Below the pieces are notes generated by a model. That model had not been told where the DNA came from and did no database searches. It saw only the letters and a program-made list of their open reading frames with translations. From the NCBI GenBank assembly GCA_964383505.1, contig CAYLHB010000001.1, forward strand, positions 1,232 through 65,231: a DNA stretch of 64,000 nucleotides. The letters are read 5' to 3'. This document shows positions 8,791 to 18,861 of this stretch, in pieces. Position 1 is the first letter of the stretch. Every line of letters begins with the position of its first letter. Source of the DNA: an uncultured Candidatus Saccharibacteria bacterium. Lineage in GTDB: Bacteria; Patescibacteriota; Minisyncoccia; Phycocordibacterales; UBA12088. The translations under genes were made by a program, and so were the position numbers.

Positions 8791-10149
8791 ATGTTATTCG
8801 ATTTGAAAGTCATAAACTCCGTCCTTAGCGAGCTCGAGGAGGAACGCGGGATACCGCGAGAGCGGGTGCTTGAAGCTATTGAGAGCGCGCTCGCGACCGC
8901 CTACAAGCGCGAGTACGGCAAGCGCGGTCAGGTGGTGCGCGCAAAGTTTGATATCAATTCCGGCGCCACCGAGTTTTTTCAGGTGAAGTTTGTCGTCGAT
9001 GAGACACGGGTGCGCATGCCGGAAGAGGAGGAAGAGGGTGGGGAGGGGCATACGAGCTCACACGCAGCATCCACGGAAGACGGCGAGGTGGACGACCGCG
9101 CACGCTTCGACCCGGAGAAGCACATTCTCATTGAGGACGCACGCCGTATCAAAAAGGGTGTCGAGGTCGACGAGGAGCTCGTGTTCCCACTCGAGCCCAA
9201 GGAAGATTTCGGGCGCATCGCGGCACAAACCGCGAAGCAGGTCATCATTCAAAAAATACGCGAGGCAGAGAAGGTCTCCATCCTCGGAGAGTTCGAAGGT
9301 CGCGAGGGCGAGATCGTCTCGGGCACCGTGGAGCGCGTCGAGCGTGGCAACATCTGGATTAACCTCGGCCGTACCCAAGCGCTCTTACCCTTCGACGAGC
9401 AGATACCCGGCGAACGGTTCCGCCAAGGGGAGCGCGTGCGCGCGTACCTCTACGACGTGGAAGAGGGCCCGCGCGGTGTGGTCATTCGCATTTCTCGCAG
9501 TCACCCGAAATTCTTGGAGAAGCTCTTTGCCCAAGAGGCGCCCGAGCTCGCGAGTGGCGCCATTGTCATCAAGTCAATCGCGCGCGAGCCGGGGAGCCGC
9601 TCAAAAATCGCGGTACACGCCAATGACCCGCATATTGACCCTGTGGGCGCCCTCGTGGGCCAGCGGGGTGTGCGCGTCTCGACCGTGATGAGCGAGCTCG
9701 GGGGCGAAAAAATTGATATTATTGAGTGGGATGCGGAGCCCGCACACTTCATTGAGGACGCGCTCTCGCCCGCGAAGGTGGTGGACGTGGTGATTGACGA
9801 AGAGGCGCATAAAGCGATTGTGGAGGTCTCTGAAGACCAACAGTCGCTCGCGATAGGCCGTGGCGGACAAAACGTGCGCCTCGCGGCGAAGCTCACCGGC
9901 TGGCGTATCGATATTCACTCCATTCAAGGCGAAAGCATGGCGGGAGCGGACGAGGAGGGAGAGGAAGTGCTTGTCAAGGCCACCGAAACCGTCGAAGATG
10001 CGGGCACGGGCGACACTGCAGACGAAGGTGCTCCCGAGACGGACGAAGCCGGAGAAACAAAGAATTCCGTAACCGAGGAGTCTGAGTCCAAGGAATCACC
10101 CACCGAGAGCGAGAGTATGGGGCCCACTGACGACGATGAGAAAGCGTAA
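8791..10149 (+). CDS. nusA: transcription termination/antitermination factor NusA with acidic C-terminal tail
   Basis: S1 and KH domains (QSLAIGRGGQNVRLAAKLTGWRIDI), an N-terminal RNAP-binding domain, and an E/D-rich C-terminus. Confidence 0.9.
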   Translation: MLFDLKVINSVLSELEEERGIPRERVLEAIESALATAYKREYGKRGQVVRAKFDINSGATEFFQVKFVVDETRVRMPEEEEEGGEGHTSSHAASTEDGEVDDRARFDPEKHILIEDARRIKKGVEVDEELVFPLEPKEDFGRIAAQTAKQVIIQKIREAEKVSILGEFEGREGEIVSGTVERVERGNIWINLGRTQALLPFDEQIPGERFRQGERVRAYLYDVEEGPRGVVIRISRSHPKFLEKLFAQEAPELASGAIVIKSIAREPGSRSKIAVHANDPHIDPVGALVGQRGVRVSTVMSELGGEKIDIIEWDAEPAHFIEDALSPAKVVDVVIDEEAHKAIVEVSEDQQSLAIGRGGQNVRLAAKLTGWRIDIHSIQGESMAGADEEGEEVLVKATETVEDAGTGDTADEGAPETDEAGETKNSVTEESESKESPTESESMGPTDDDEKA

Positions 10150-10175
10150 TCTTTACCACTTCTAACACTCGCACT

Positions 10176-10712
10176 ATGAACCTATGGCACGATATCCCTC
10201 TTGGCAAAAATGCGCCGGAGGAATTCAACACAATTATTGAGATACCGAAGGGTTCCTACAATAAATATGAGATAGACAAGGAGACGGGTCTCATCGCGCT
10301 CGACCGCGCAAACTACACCGCTGCTCCCTATCCCTTCGATTACGGGTTCGCTCCCCAGACCTACTGGGAGGACAACGACCCTTTGGACGTGGTGGTACTC
10401 ACCACCTTCCCCCTTTCCGCGGGCATACTTGTAAAGGTGCGCCCCGTCGCGGTACTCGACATGATTGATGACGGCGACTCCGACATGAAGGTGCTCGCGG
10501 TCCCGGCGGATGACAGGCGATGGGACGATGTAAGCGACCTTGCCGACCTCAACAAGCACAACCTCAAAGAGTATGAGCACTTCTTCCAAACCTACAAGGC
10601 GCTCAAAGGAAAGCCCGCACCAGTCGAGACGCGCGGGTACAAAAGCAAATTGGAGACCTTGGAAATTGTGCGAAAGGCAATCGCACTCTATCAAGAGAAG
10701 TTTGGGAAGTAG
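10176..10712 (+). CDS. ppa: inorganic pyrophosphatase
   Basis: 178 aa with family I PPase motifs IEIPKGSYNKYEID and DNDPLDVVVL. Confidence 0.9.
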   Translation: MNLWHDIPLGKNAPEEFNTIIEIPKGSYNKYEIDKETGLIALDRANYTAAPYPFDYGFAPQTYWEDNDPLDVVVLTTFPLSAGILVKVRPVAVLDMIDDGDSDMKVLAVPADDRRWDDVSDLADLNKHNLKEYEHFFQTYKALKGKPAPVETRGYKSKLETLEIVRKAIALYQEKFGK

Positions 10713-10834
10713 ATAAAATAATAGGGTGTGCCGAATGGATTCTCGCAATCCACACATCCCCCCATCCGCCACGCATCGTCGGGGCGGTTTTGGTATACTG
10801 GCAGTACTTACTAGTAAGTAGTTTTTTTATACCT

Positions 10835-11569
10835 ATGACTCAAACAGTCACTCGTCATTCAGGAGTCGCCTTGGGCGTCGTCGCATTCGCGCTCCTTGCG
10901 ACACTCGCACTCGTCGCAGAAGCACAGGAGTCCAACACACTACGAGAAGAGCGACGAACGCTCTATAATGAAAATCAAACACAACGAGAAGACCTCCGGA
11001 ATGAACAAAGGGATGAACGAGACGCCATGCGCATGGGTAGCACCACTCCTGGGGATGCGCGCACACTCTACAAGGAACAGATGGAGGAGCGGAGGGCACT
11101 CTTTCAAGAGAACAGTGGCGAGCGGCAGGCGTTTCGTAATGAAGCACAAGCGCGGGTGACCCAAAACATGTCACGCTTTCTCGCCCGCACCGTAGAGCTT
11201 ATGAACCGAATGACCGTTTGGTTGGGAGAGGTGAGTGTGAAGATAGAGGGTCGTATTGCAAAAATTGAGGCGCAGGGCGCAGATGTATCAACTGCACAAA
11301 TCTTGCTGGGAGAGGCGAATAGCGCGCTCGGTGCAGCAAAGGAGAGTATCACCACACTAGAGATGACACTCAACGATGCTGTAGCTTCAGAAGATCCTAC
11401 AAGCAAGCAAGAGGAGATTCGTACGTTGATGAAAAATGCGCGCGATGCGCTTGTCGCGGCACGAGTCGCCTACGGCGACGTCGTTGCTGAGCTTAGAAAA
11501 TTGGTTGATGGTAAACGCACCCAACAGTCTGGTAATTCGGCTCCCACCATCGAGCAAAGTGTTGAGTAA
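10835..11569 (+). CDS. hypothetical secreted coiled-coil protein with internal Q/E/R-rich repeats
   Basis: Signal peptide MTQTVTRHSGVALGVVAFALLATLALVAEAQ. Repeated TLYxE...RxExRxxxR blocks. Confidence 0.5.
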   Translation: MTQTVTRHSGVALGVVAFALLATLALVAEAQESNTLREERRTLYNENQTQREDLRNEQRDERDAMRMGSTTPGDARTLYKEQMEERRALFQENSGERQAFRNEAQARVTQNMSRFLARTVELMNRMTVWLGEVSVKIEGRIAKIEAQGADVSTAQILLGEANSALGAAKESITTLEMTLNDAVASEDPTSKQEEIRTLMKNARDALVAARVAYGDVVAELRKLVDGKRTQQSGNSAPTIEQSVE

Positions 11570-11594
11570 CTCTTAATTTGTAACCTCTATAATT

Positions 11595-12020
11595 ATGGAT
11601 GAACAAAACAACACACCAGCCACAACGGAACAATCCGCGCATGCAGACGCAACACCTCAAGTATCGGAAGACACCCACACACGCTCGCTCGTGCTCGTGC
11701 TTGCCGGATTGGTCGTTCTCTTGCTCCTGTTTGGTATCTACCTGTGGGGTTCGAGTATGACAAGCGTAGAAGACATACCGTATCCTGAAGAACTTCCCGT
11801 TCCGCCAACCAATCCATCTATTCCCACAGAAGCACTTGACGAGTTGTCCCAGGAACTGCCACCCCTTTCACCGAGCGACGAGGTAGATGCACTTGAGGCC
11901 GATTTGAATGCCCTCGATATTGATGGTCTCGATGCCGAGTTTGAGGCACTTGAACGCGAGCTTGACGCCGCCGCTAAAAGTCTCGAAGAGACTTCATCAG
12001 AAACACTTGAGGTGCAGTAA
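11595..12020 (+). CDS. hypothetical single-pass membrane protein with acidic extracellular tail
   Basis: N-terminal cytoplasmic tail, TM segment LVLVLAGLVVLLLLFGIYLW, and a D/E-rich C-terminus. Confidence 0.45.
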   Translation: MDEQNNTPATTEQSAHADATPQVSEDTHTRSLVLVLAGLVVLLLLFGIYLWGSSMTSVEDIPYPEELPVPPTNPSIPTEALDELSQELPPLSPSDEVDALEADLNALDIDGLDAEFEALERELDAAAKSLEETSSETLEVQ

Positions 12021-12075
12021 GGGTGCGATCTTTCTGGAGTTTGCGTTTTCTCTCACGCCACGATAGACTCGTGCG

Positions 12076-13146
12076 ATGTCTGGTCATACCCACGAGCACG
12101 CGCTCTGCGCCAACGTACGGCTTGAGCGTAAACCCGATTCATTGGCGGTTCTTAAGGGTGAGATACCCGTTACTACCATTGCCGCGTACCGCACCAAAGC
12201 GCTCCACCACCTCGGAAAATATGTCGAGCTACCCGGCTTTCGCAAGGGGCACGTGCCGGTCGAACGACTCGTGGCGCATGTGGGCGAGCCTCGCATACTT
12301 GAAGAAACTGCGGAGCTGGTGCTCGACCACGGCTACGGCCACCTTGTAGAAGAGCACCGCTTGCGTCCGATTACACGCCCCGCCATCACGCTCACCAAAC
12401 TGGCGTTGGGAAACCCGATTGAGTTTACAATCGAGGTCCCCATCTACCCGGAGCTTACCCTGCCCGACTACAAAGTGCTCGCACAGCAGGTGGTGAGAGA
12501 GCATGGAGATGTGGACGCACAGGTGGTTTCTGACGCCGAAGCGCAGGAGGAAATCACCCGTTTACGAAAAATGCTTGGTAACGCGGACGCAAGCACGCCT
12601 GAGGCAGAGCTACCCGCGTTCGACGATGGTGTGGTGCGCTCGCTCGGCGATTTCAAAGACGTTGCGGATTTCACCAAACAGCTGAAGCAGAGGTTACTCG
12701 AAGAAAAGAAACGCTCTGCGTGTGAAAAGCGCCGTATCGCTATCGCGGATACCCTCGTGAAAGCGACGAAGGGAGAGATTCCCGCCGTCATGGTGGACCA
12801 TGAGCTTGAGCGGATGAAGTACGAATTTGAGCACACGCTCGCGCAGATGGGCGCGTCGTGGAATGACTACACTGCGCGCCAGGGGAAAACGGACGATGAG
12901 GTGAGGGCGAGCTGGCGCGAGGATGCCCGCAAGCGCGTGCTCCTCGACCTTACCCTCATGGAGATTGCTCGCAAGGAGAGTATTTTCCCTGATGCTGATG
13001 CGGTGGAACAGCAGGTACGTGGCATCGTCGCGCGCCACCCCGACGTGAATGAGGAGAACGTGCGCACCCACATCGTTGCCTCACACACCAATGACGCGGT
13101 ATTCGCCTTCTTGGAAGCTGGCGCGGTCCCCGCAAATGTTGCATAG
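12076..13146 (+). CDS. tig: trigger factor (peptidyl-prolyl isomerase chaperone), short form
   Basis: Ribosome-binding signature PGFRKGHVP in the N-domain. Positioned immediately upstream of clpP (canonical tig-clpP order). Confidence 0.8.
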   Translation: MSGHTHEHALCANVRLERKPDSLAVLKGEIPVTTIAAYRTKALHHLGKYVELPGFRKGHVPVERLVAHVGEPRILEETAELVLDHGYGHLVEEHRLRPITRPAITLTKLALGNPIEFTIEVPIYPELTLPDYKVLAQQVVREHGDVDAQVVSDAEAQEEITRLRKMLGNADASTPEAELPAFDDGVVRSLGDFKDVADFTKQLKQRLLEEKKRSACEKRRIAIADTLVKATKGEIPAVMVDHELERMKYEFEHTLAQMGASWNDYTARQGKTDDEVRASWREDARKRVLLDLTLMEIARKESIFPDADAVEQQVRGIVARHPDVNEENVRTHIVASHTNDAVFAFLEAGAVPANVA

Positions 13147-13232
13147 AATTAGAACACAACAACCTCCCAGCAAAGCACTTCGTTGCGATGCTGTCAAAAC
13201 CTGCTACACTACGTGGGTAACCTATTCTCACT

Positions 13233-13841
13233 ATGTCACACACCAAAACACAGAACATGCTTATCCCTATGGTCATCGAGAAGACCCAGCACGGGGAACG
13301 AGCGTACGATATATACTCCCGCCTCCTCAAGGAGCGGATTATTTTCATTGACGGGGTCATCGAGGACCACACCGCAAACCTCGTGGTGGCTCAACTCCTG
13401 TTCCTCGCGGCGGAAGACCCCAAGAAAGATGTGCAGATCTATGTCAACTCACCCGGTGGGTCGGTTACCGCTGGACTCGCGATTCTCGACACCATGAACT
13501 ACATAAAGCCGGACGTGTCGACGGTCTGTGTCGGTCTCGCCGCCTCAATGGCATCTGTTATCCTCGCCGCGGGGTCAAGAGGGAAGCGATTTGCCCTCCT
13601 CAACAGCGAGGTGATGATTCATCAGCCATGGGGCGGGGTGCAAGGGCAGGCGTCTGACATTGAGATTACCGCGCGACACATCCTCGCCACCCGTGACCGC
13701 CTCAACAAGATTCTTGCGAAAGCGACCGGCCAAACGCTCGAAAAGATTGAGAAGGACGTCGACCGCGACTTCTTTATGACCGCAGAGGAAGCGAAGAAGT
13801 ACGGCATCATCGACCAAATTCACAAAGGGAAAGCAGCGTAG
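13233..13841 (+). CDS. clpP: ATP-dependent Clp protease proteolytic subunit
   Basis: 202 aa with the catalytic Ser in GLAASMAS and His in MIHQP, plus the N-terminal [12 protein letters not shown] motif. Confidence 0.9.
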   Translation: MSHTKTQNMLIPMVIEKTQHGERAYDIYSRLLKERIIFIDGVIEDHTANLVVAQLLFLAAEDPKKDVQIYVNSPGGSVTAGLAILDTMNYIKPDVSTVCVGLAASMASVILAAGSRGKRFALLNSEVMIHQPWGGVQGQASDIEITARHILATRDRLNKILAKATGQTLEKIEKDVDRDFFMTAEEAKKYGIIDQIHKGKAA

Positions 13842-14074
13842 CGCCCTCCTCGAGCCGTTTTTGCGTACCGCATATTTTCTGCTATACTCCAACTACGTCA
13901 TTGTATTGATAATTTAGGAACTTTTAATTGATGTTCCGCTCCGGTATGCGTTCTCACACTACGACACTTTCGCCCGCATCACTTTCACGAAATTGCTTTT
14001 TCGTGGCTCAAGATATGGCTATTGTGCGTATTTTGCACCAGTAAGAACACGTGCGGCGCGGGACCATCCCGCTT

Positions 14075-15604
14075 ATGTCACCACTACTTATAGTCGCCAC
14101 GCTCCTCATCGCAGGGGGTGCGGGCGTCGCACTCGGCTACTACCTGCGCGTCATTGTTGCGGCAGGAAAGAAGGGCTCGATGGAGCTTGAAATCAAGCAA
14201 ATGATGCTTGAGGCGAAGGAGAAAGCAAAGAAAATTGAGGAAGAGGCAGAGAAAAAGATGAGGGAGGAAAAGAAGGAAGCGGAAAAGGAAATAAAGGAAA
14301 AGGAGGAGTTTGTGAAAAAAGCTGAAACACGCGTGCTTGACCGTGAGACATTCCTCGACAAACGACAGCAAGACCTCGACAAGGAGGTGGAACATGTGAA
14401 GAAAAAGATAGAGGAAGTGCACGCGGTTAAAGAGCGCGTGGATGCGCTCAAAAAGGAGCAAGAGCAAGCACTTGAACGCGTGGCGAGTCTTTCCGCCGAA
14501 GACGCGAAGCAGGAGCTCCTCGCAAAGGTGGAGCGTGAGGCGCAAGAAGATTTACTCGTGCGCATCCAGAAGTTCGACCAGCACGGCGCGGAAACGCTTG
14601 AGCGTAAAGCGAAAGACATTCTTACGACCGCCATTCACCGTCTCGGCAATGCGGTAACAACCGACGTACTCACCACCTCCATCACGCTCCCAAGCGAAGA
14701 GATCAAGGGTAAAATAATTGGAAAGGAGGGACGTAATATCCGTGCGTTTGAGCGCGCAACGGGCGTGGACGTGCTTATCGACGAGACTCCGGGCGTCATT
14801 ATTCTCTCATGCTTCGACCCGGTGCGTCGGCAAATCGCGCGAGTCGCGCTTGAGAACCTCATCATTGACGGGCGCATTCAACCGGCAAAAATCGAGGAAT
14901 CAGTGCAGAAAGCAACTGAAGAAATCAACCGCATCATCAAGGAAAAGGGCGAGCAGGCTGCCTACGAAGCGGGTGTGTTGGGGCTCGACCCTCGTGTGCT
15001 CATGATTCTCGGACGACTCCATTTCCGCACGAGCTACGGCCAAAACGTGCTGTACCACTCGATAGAAATGGCGCATATTTCCGGAATGCTCGCCGAGGAG
15101 CTCGGCGCCGATGTGCAGGTCGCCAAGGCGGGCGCGCTCGTGCATGACATAGGAAAGGCGGTGGACCAAGACGTACAGGGCACCCACGTTGAGATTGGGC
15201 GTAGGATACTCCAGAAGTTCAATACGGATGTGCGCATCATTCAAGCGATGCAGAGCCACCACGAGGAGTACCCCTATGAAACGCCGGAGAGCATCATCGT
15301 GCAGGTTGCAGACGCCATTTCCGGCGGGCGACCGGGTGCGCGACGTGACTCGGTGGAGAGCTACATCAAACGTCTCCAAGAGTTGGAGCAAATCGCAACC
15401 TCGTTTGAGGGCGTCGACAAAGCGTACGCCATTTCTGCGGGTCGTGAGGTGCGCGTATTCGTACGCCCCGATGAAATGAGCGACCTTCAAGCACGCGAGC
15501 TTGCGCGCAATATCGCAGTGCGTATTGAACAGGAGCTCAAGTACCCAGGTGAGATAAAAGTCGCCGTCATCCGCGAGAGCCGGGCGATAGAGTTTGCGAG
15601 GTAG
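14075..15604 (+). CDS. rny: ribonuclease Y (alternative upstream start at 14051)
   Basis: N-terminal TM helix, K/E-rich coiled coil, KH domain (GKIIGKEGRNIRAFE) and HD domain (HSIEMAHI...LVHDIGK). Confidence 0.85.
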   Translation: MSPLLIVATLLIAGGAGVALGYYLRVIVAAGKKGSMELEIKQMMLEAKEKAKKIEEEAEKKMREEKKEAEKEIKEKEEFVKKAETRVLDRETFLDKRQQDLDKEVEHVKKKIEEVHAVKERVDALKKEQEQALERVASLSAEDAKQELLAKVEREAQEDLLVRIQKFDQHGAETLERKAKDILTTAIHRLGNAVTTDVLTTSITLPSEEIKGKIIGKEGRNIRAFERATGVDVLIDETPGVIILSCFDPVRRQIARVALENLIIDGRIQPAKIEESVQKATEEINRIIKEKGEQAAYEAGVLGLDPRVLMILGRLHFRTSYGQNVLYHSIEMAHISGMLAEELGADVQVAKAGALVHDIGKAVDQDVQGTHVEIGRRILQKFNTDVRIIQAMQSHHEEYPYETPESIIVQVADAISGGRPGARRDSVESYIKRLQELEQIATSFEGVDKAYAISAGREVRVFVRPDEMSDLQARELARNIAVRIEQELKYPGEIKVAVIRESRAIEFAR

Positions 15605-15613
15605 GCAAATGCA

Positions 15614-16183
15614 CTACTCCTCCTCGCGACGTGTGGCGACGATAAACGTCGTGTAGTTGAATTTCAAGTCCTGTACGGACTCTTCAAGCACTTCAAGACC
15701 ATAGAGCTCGGCACATGCCTTGGGAGCGATTACGGCGGTTGATGTCGAGAGAATGCCCTTGCCAAGATCGCTTGCTGCTTGTGCAGTATCTTTGTATTCC
15801 ACAAGCTCTATGCCCGGCCACTTGCGCTTGAGGTACATGCGACACTGCTTAAGTGCCTGATCATGGCTTGTTATTGAGGTAATATCATCGGCACGCGCGC
15901 CTGGTACCACAAGGAGGTTGTGGTGTACGTCCATTTCGAACATGCGTTCTATAGAGAACGTATAGCGTGCCATGGCATGTACCGCCTCAATGACAATACC
16001 ACCGTTACTGTTCTCAATGGGGAAAATTCCCCTTTGAATTGAGCCGTTTTTTAGCTCCTCAAGCACATTCGCCACTGACACAAGGTAGACAAGCTCACAC
16101 GAATTCAGATGCGCCAACTTCGCGTACATCCGCGATGCCTCCTCGGAAAAACTCCCTTTCGCACCGGAAAGTCCTATTTTCAT
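15614..16183 (-). CDS. pheA: prephenate dehydratase-like protein (PDT domain only, no ACT domain)
   Basis: MKIGLSGAKGSFSEEA..IENSNGGIV..TSHDQALKQC matches the PDT consensus (GxxGxxS, IENSxxG, SHxQAL). The upstream extension of the ORF is hydrophobic and was not used. Confidence 0.65.
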   Translation of the reverse strand: MKIGLSGAKGSFSEEASRMYAKLAHLNSCELVYLVSVANVLEELKNGSIQRGIFPIENSNGGIVIEAVHAMARYTFSIERMFEMDVHHNLLVVPGARADDITSITSHDQALKQCRMYLKRKWPGIELVEYKDTAQAASDLGKGILSTSTAVIAPKACAELYGLEVLEESVQDLKFNYTTFIVATRREEE

Positions 16184-16374
16184 TTGCAACATAGTCGCGA
16201 GTATAGCAAAAAGAATTACATGACACACAACACCAGCGTACAAAAAAACTTTTTTTACCACACATACTCAATACTTCAAGGGGTGTGCATAACTATTGCG
16301 CAAAACGTGCCCGAATGTATACTTTTTTTAGGCCTATCACGCACAGGTTACATTACTCGATTAGTAAATCATCC

Positions 16375-16647
16375 ATGAACAAGCAGGATATCATTGAAAA
16401 AGTGCACGGTGTGCTCGGAAGCACCAAGGCGGACGCAGAACGCGCAGTTGAAACAATGATTGATTCCATCACCGCAGGGCTTAAGAGTGGCGATGAAGTT
16501 TCTATCGCAGGACTCGGCATTTTCTCAACTAAAGTGCGCCCCGCTCGTACGGGTCGCAATCCTCGCACCGGCGAGAGCATCAAGATTGCCGCAATGCGTG
16601 TACCGAAGTTCCGCGCCGCCAAGGGCCTTAAAGACAGTGTAAAATAA
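16375..16647 (+). CDS. hup: DNA-binding protein HU
   Basis: MNKQDIIEKV...GLGIFSTKVRPARTGRNPRTGESIKI; 90 aa HU/IHF fold signature. Confidence 0.85.
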   Translation: MNKQDIIEKVHGVLGSTKADAERAVETMIDSITAGLKSGDEVSIAGLGIFSTKVRPARTGRNPRTGESIKIAAMRVPKFRAAKGLKDSVK

Positions 16648-16694
16648 GGTTGAAAAATGTACACGGAAGTTGCAGAGCAAAACACAAAGACATA

Positions 16695-16730
16695 CAGCAA
16701 TCCGCCTCACGGCGGGTTGCTGTGTGTTGG
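16695..16730. terminator. bidirectional intrinsic terminator between convergent hup and rpsT
   Basis: Hairpin CAGCAATCCGCC-TCAC-GGCGGGTTGCTG followed by a T-rich tract. Confidence 0.5.
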
Positions 16731-16798
16731 TTCTTGCAAACTACTCCACAATATTCAATTCAGCACGTTCTACGTTCTAGTTGCGTTGCACCCCAACA

Positions 16799-17116
16799 CT
16801 ACTCCGATGCGTTCGATTTGGCTTTCGCCTTACCTTTCCCTTTTTTCACAACCTCCTTCTGCTCGCGAAGCGCCCTGGTGAGGTGTGACTTCTTTCGCGC
16901 AGCAGTTCTCAGCTTTATGACACCGCGCTTTGCCGCTTTGTCTATCGCTTGGTAGGCCTTGGGTAAAAGTGCTATCGCTTCAGGGCCCTTTCCCGCTCCC
17001 GCAAGCTGGCGAATCTCCTTTATGGCTTCCTTCATAGCACGATTCCTGCGCATATTGAACAAGCGTTTCCGCCCTGATACGCGCATAGTTTTTTTCGCTG
17101 AAGATGTGATTGGCAT
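16799..17116 (-). CDS. rpsT: 30S ribosomal protein S20
   Basis: 105 aa; basic, with the SAKKxxR...RRNR motif typical of S20. Confidence 0.85.
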   Translation of the reverse strand: MPITSSAKKTMRVSGRKRLFNMRRNRAMKEAIKEIRQLAGAGKGPEAIALLPKAYQAIDKAAKRGVIKLRTAARKKSHLTRALREQKEVVKKGKGKAKAKSNASE

Positions 17117-17385
17117 ACCTTGTTTTTGTTGTTACAGGAGAGTAGCACGACTCCGAAAAAACGCAAGCGTCCCGTGTATGATTTGCCTTACATACCACAC
17201 GTAAAGGCTAAAACATTTCTCGTACCTTTGATTATGCCTCCGCTTCGGACCCAAGCCGTACGAAAAGCAGTTTGCTTGTGTCGTCACGAGTCGCTAGGCG
17301 GATTCGTCGTGCCTCCTCATCCGCCAAGCGCTTGCGATCCCGCCTCGCGGTCTGCCTACGGCAGACATCGCTCCGGCTCGGACAA

Positions 17386-17415
17386 GCTAAAATCCTGACG
17401 CAGGTCAGGATTTTT
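17386..17415. terminator. hairpin terminator (AATCCTGAC-GCAG-GTCAGGATTTTTT), 12 nt past the tRNA-Lys 3' end; strong T-run on the plus strand, weaker on minus
   Basis: Perfect 9-bp stem. Six Ts follow on the plus strand and four on the minus strand. Confidence 0.5.
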
Positions 17416-17424
17416 TATCGCTTG

Positions 17425-17497
17425 TCCGCCCAGAAGGATTCGAACCTTCGACCCGCGGCTTAAAAGGCCGTTGCTCTACCAGCTGAGCTATGGGCGG
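17425..17497 (-). tRNA. tRNA-Lys (anticodon UUU)
   Basis: Minus-strand sequence CCGCCCATAGCTCAGCTGGTAGAGCAACGGCCTTTTAAGCCGCGGGTCGAAGGTTCGAATCCTTCTGGGCGGA folds as a cloverleaf: acceptor CCGCCCA/TGGGCGG, D-arm GCTC/GAGC, anticodon loop CTTTTAA, T-arm GAAGG-TTCGAATC-CCTTC. CCA is not encoded. Confidence 0.85.
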
Positions 17498-18125
17498 ATA
17501 CTGCCTATTGTATTATGCTACTTTCTTGCCACCAACCGGCCTTTAAGGCTTAAGGGCGCTCGGGAGTTCCCCGAACTCCCTCGCCTTCACCAGCTTTGCT
17601 TAGGCAGTAAAAGCGGAGGGTGGGAAAATGGTACGACAAAAATGTTGGTGTGTCCACTACAATGGCTGATCAAACGCGAAGGGTCCGGCACCAAGAAAGA
17701 GGAGTACAAGGGCTATGGTGCACATGAGAAGGAAAAGCGGCCGTTCGCCTTGTGTGCAAAGCGGGGGGAGGAAGAGTACTGGCGATGACGGATATCGCTA
17801 TCGTAAAAAGAGTGACTCCTTGGGTGAACAGTCCAAGCACGAAAAGTGTACCAGCGAAAACCTCGCCTGCGGACAGACCATACAAGAGTGCTCGTGAGCG
17901 CGAACCGTTTATGCCCCCGTGCGCTGTTGGTACAAACGAAATTTATAGACGATGAGGTACACACCGAGTGTCGCCTGAAGCAGAGTGGTTGTGAGTATAG
18001 AAAATGAGAATAGCTCAGGAAACAGTGAGTACATACAAAATTTTTTCAAAGGTATAAATTGCCTCCAATACCTATATTGATGCGTATAGTGTAGCATGGG
18101 CGGATCTCCAAGATGCGGAGTGTGT

Positions 18126-18626
18126 ATGTCCGATCTCTACCTCGTACTCCACAATATTCGCAGCGCCTACAATGTGGGCGCGATTCTGCGGACTGCCGAC
18201 GGGGCGGGGGTGAAGAAGGTGTACCTGTGTGGCTATACGCCGACACCGTTCGATCGATTCGGGCGGGCTCGTGCCGATGTCGCGAAGGTGGCGCTTGGAG
18301 CTGAACGTATTGTGGTGTGGGAGTATTGTGAGGGTACAATTTCAATCCTCGAGAAGTTGCGAAGCGAAGGTGTAACGGTCGTCGGGCTTGAGCAGGACGC
18401 ATGCGCGGTACCAATCAATTTGTTCAAATGTGGTTCTCTCACCGCACTTGTCTTGGGCTCCGAAGTGGAAGGACTTTCCACCGAGGTGCTTCAGCATTGC
18501 GATGCGATTGTTGAAATCCCTATGTACGGCAAAAAAGAGTCACTCAATGTCTCCATTGCTGCTGGCATCGCGCTCTATGCTCTCCACTCTGCTCAGTTGA
18601 CCCACCCCACACGCACCAGTCAGTAA
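18126..18626 (+). CDS. SpoU/TrmH-family RNA 2'-O-methyltransferase (TrmL-like, ~166 aa)
   Basis: SPOUT motifs LVLHNIRSAYNVGAILRTADGAG and ESLNVSIAAGIALY. Confidence 0.8.
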   Translation: MSDLYLVLHNIRSAYNVGAILRTADGAGVKKVYLCGYTPTPFDRFGRARADVAKVALGAERIVVWEYCEGTISILEKLRSEGVTVVGLEQDACAVPINLFKCGSLTALVLGSEVEGLSTEVLQHCDAIVEIPMYGKKESLNVSIAAGIALYALHSAQLTHPTRTSQ

Positions 18627-18840
18627 TGCTGTGTTCAATTAGCCACCAGTAGGTTGTGGTCATTTTGTACTACTGGAGCACCACGAGTTACTGCAAGTCT
18701 GTTAGTGGCACCGAAAAACATGTCCTATGTAGTAAGCGTGAGATCCACATGCGTTGTTTGTAATCCTCTCGGACATAATGGGTAACCCATTTGTGATACT
18801 TATCCCCACCCACCCCACCATTTCCCCTCCACATTCCCTT

Positions 18841-18849
18841 GGGGGGGGG
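18841..18849. repeat. G9 homopolymer tract immediately upstream of a TAGAAT -10-like hexamer and 13 bp before the ATG of the 18862 gene
   Basis: ccctt-GGGGGGGGG-tagaatagcacc-ATG, preceded by a (CACCC)n-like C-rich tract. Confidence 0.9.
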
Positions 18850-18861
18850 TAGAATAGCACC

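Noticed and set aside
17560-17720. RNase P RNA-like fragments (AGGGTGGGAAAATGGTAC and GAAGGGTCCGGCACC)
   Set aside because: The P4/P10-like pieces occur in the wrong order on the plus strand. No GGAGCCCGGACTTTCC or TAAGCCGGGTTCTGT is present on the minus strand. Retained only as an unassigned non-coding region.
17471-17788. 105-aa ORF overlapping tRNA-Lys
   Set aside because: It overlaps a confidently folded tRNA on the opposite strand and has no protein features.
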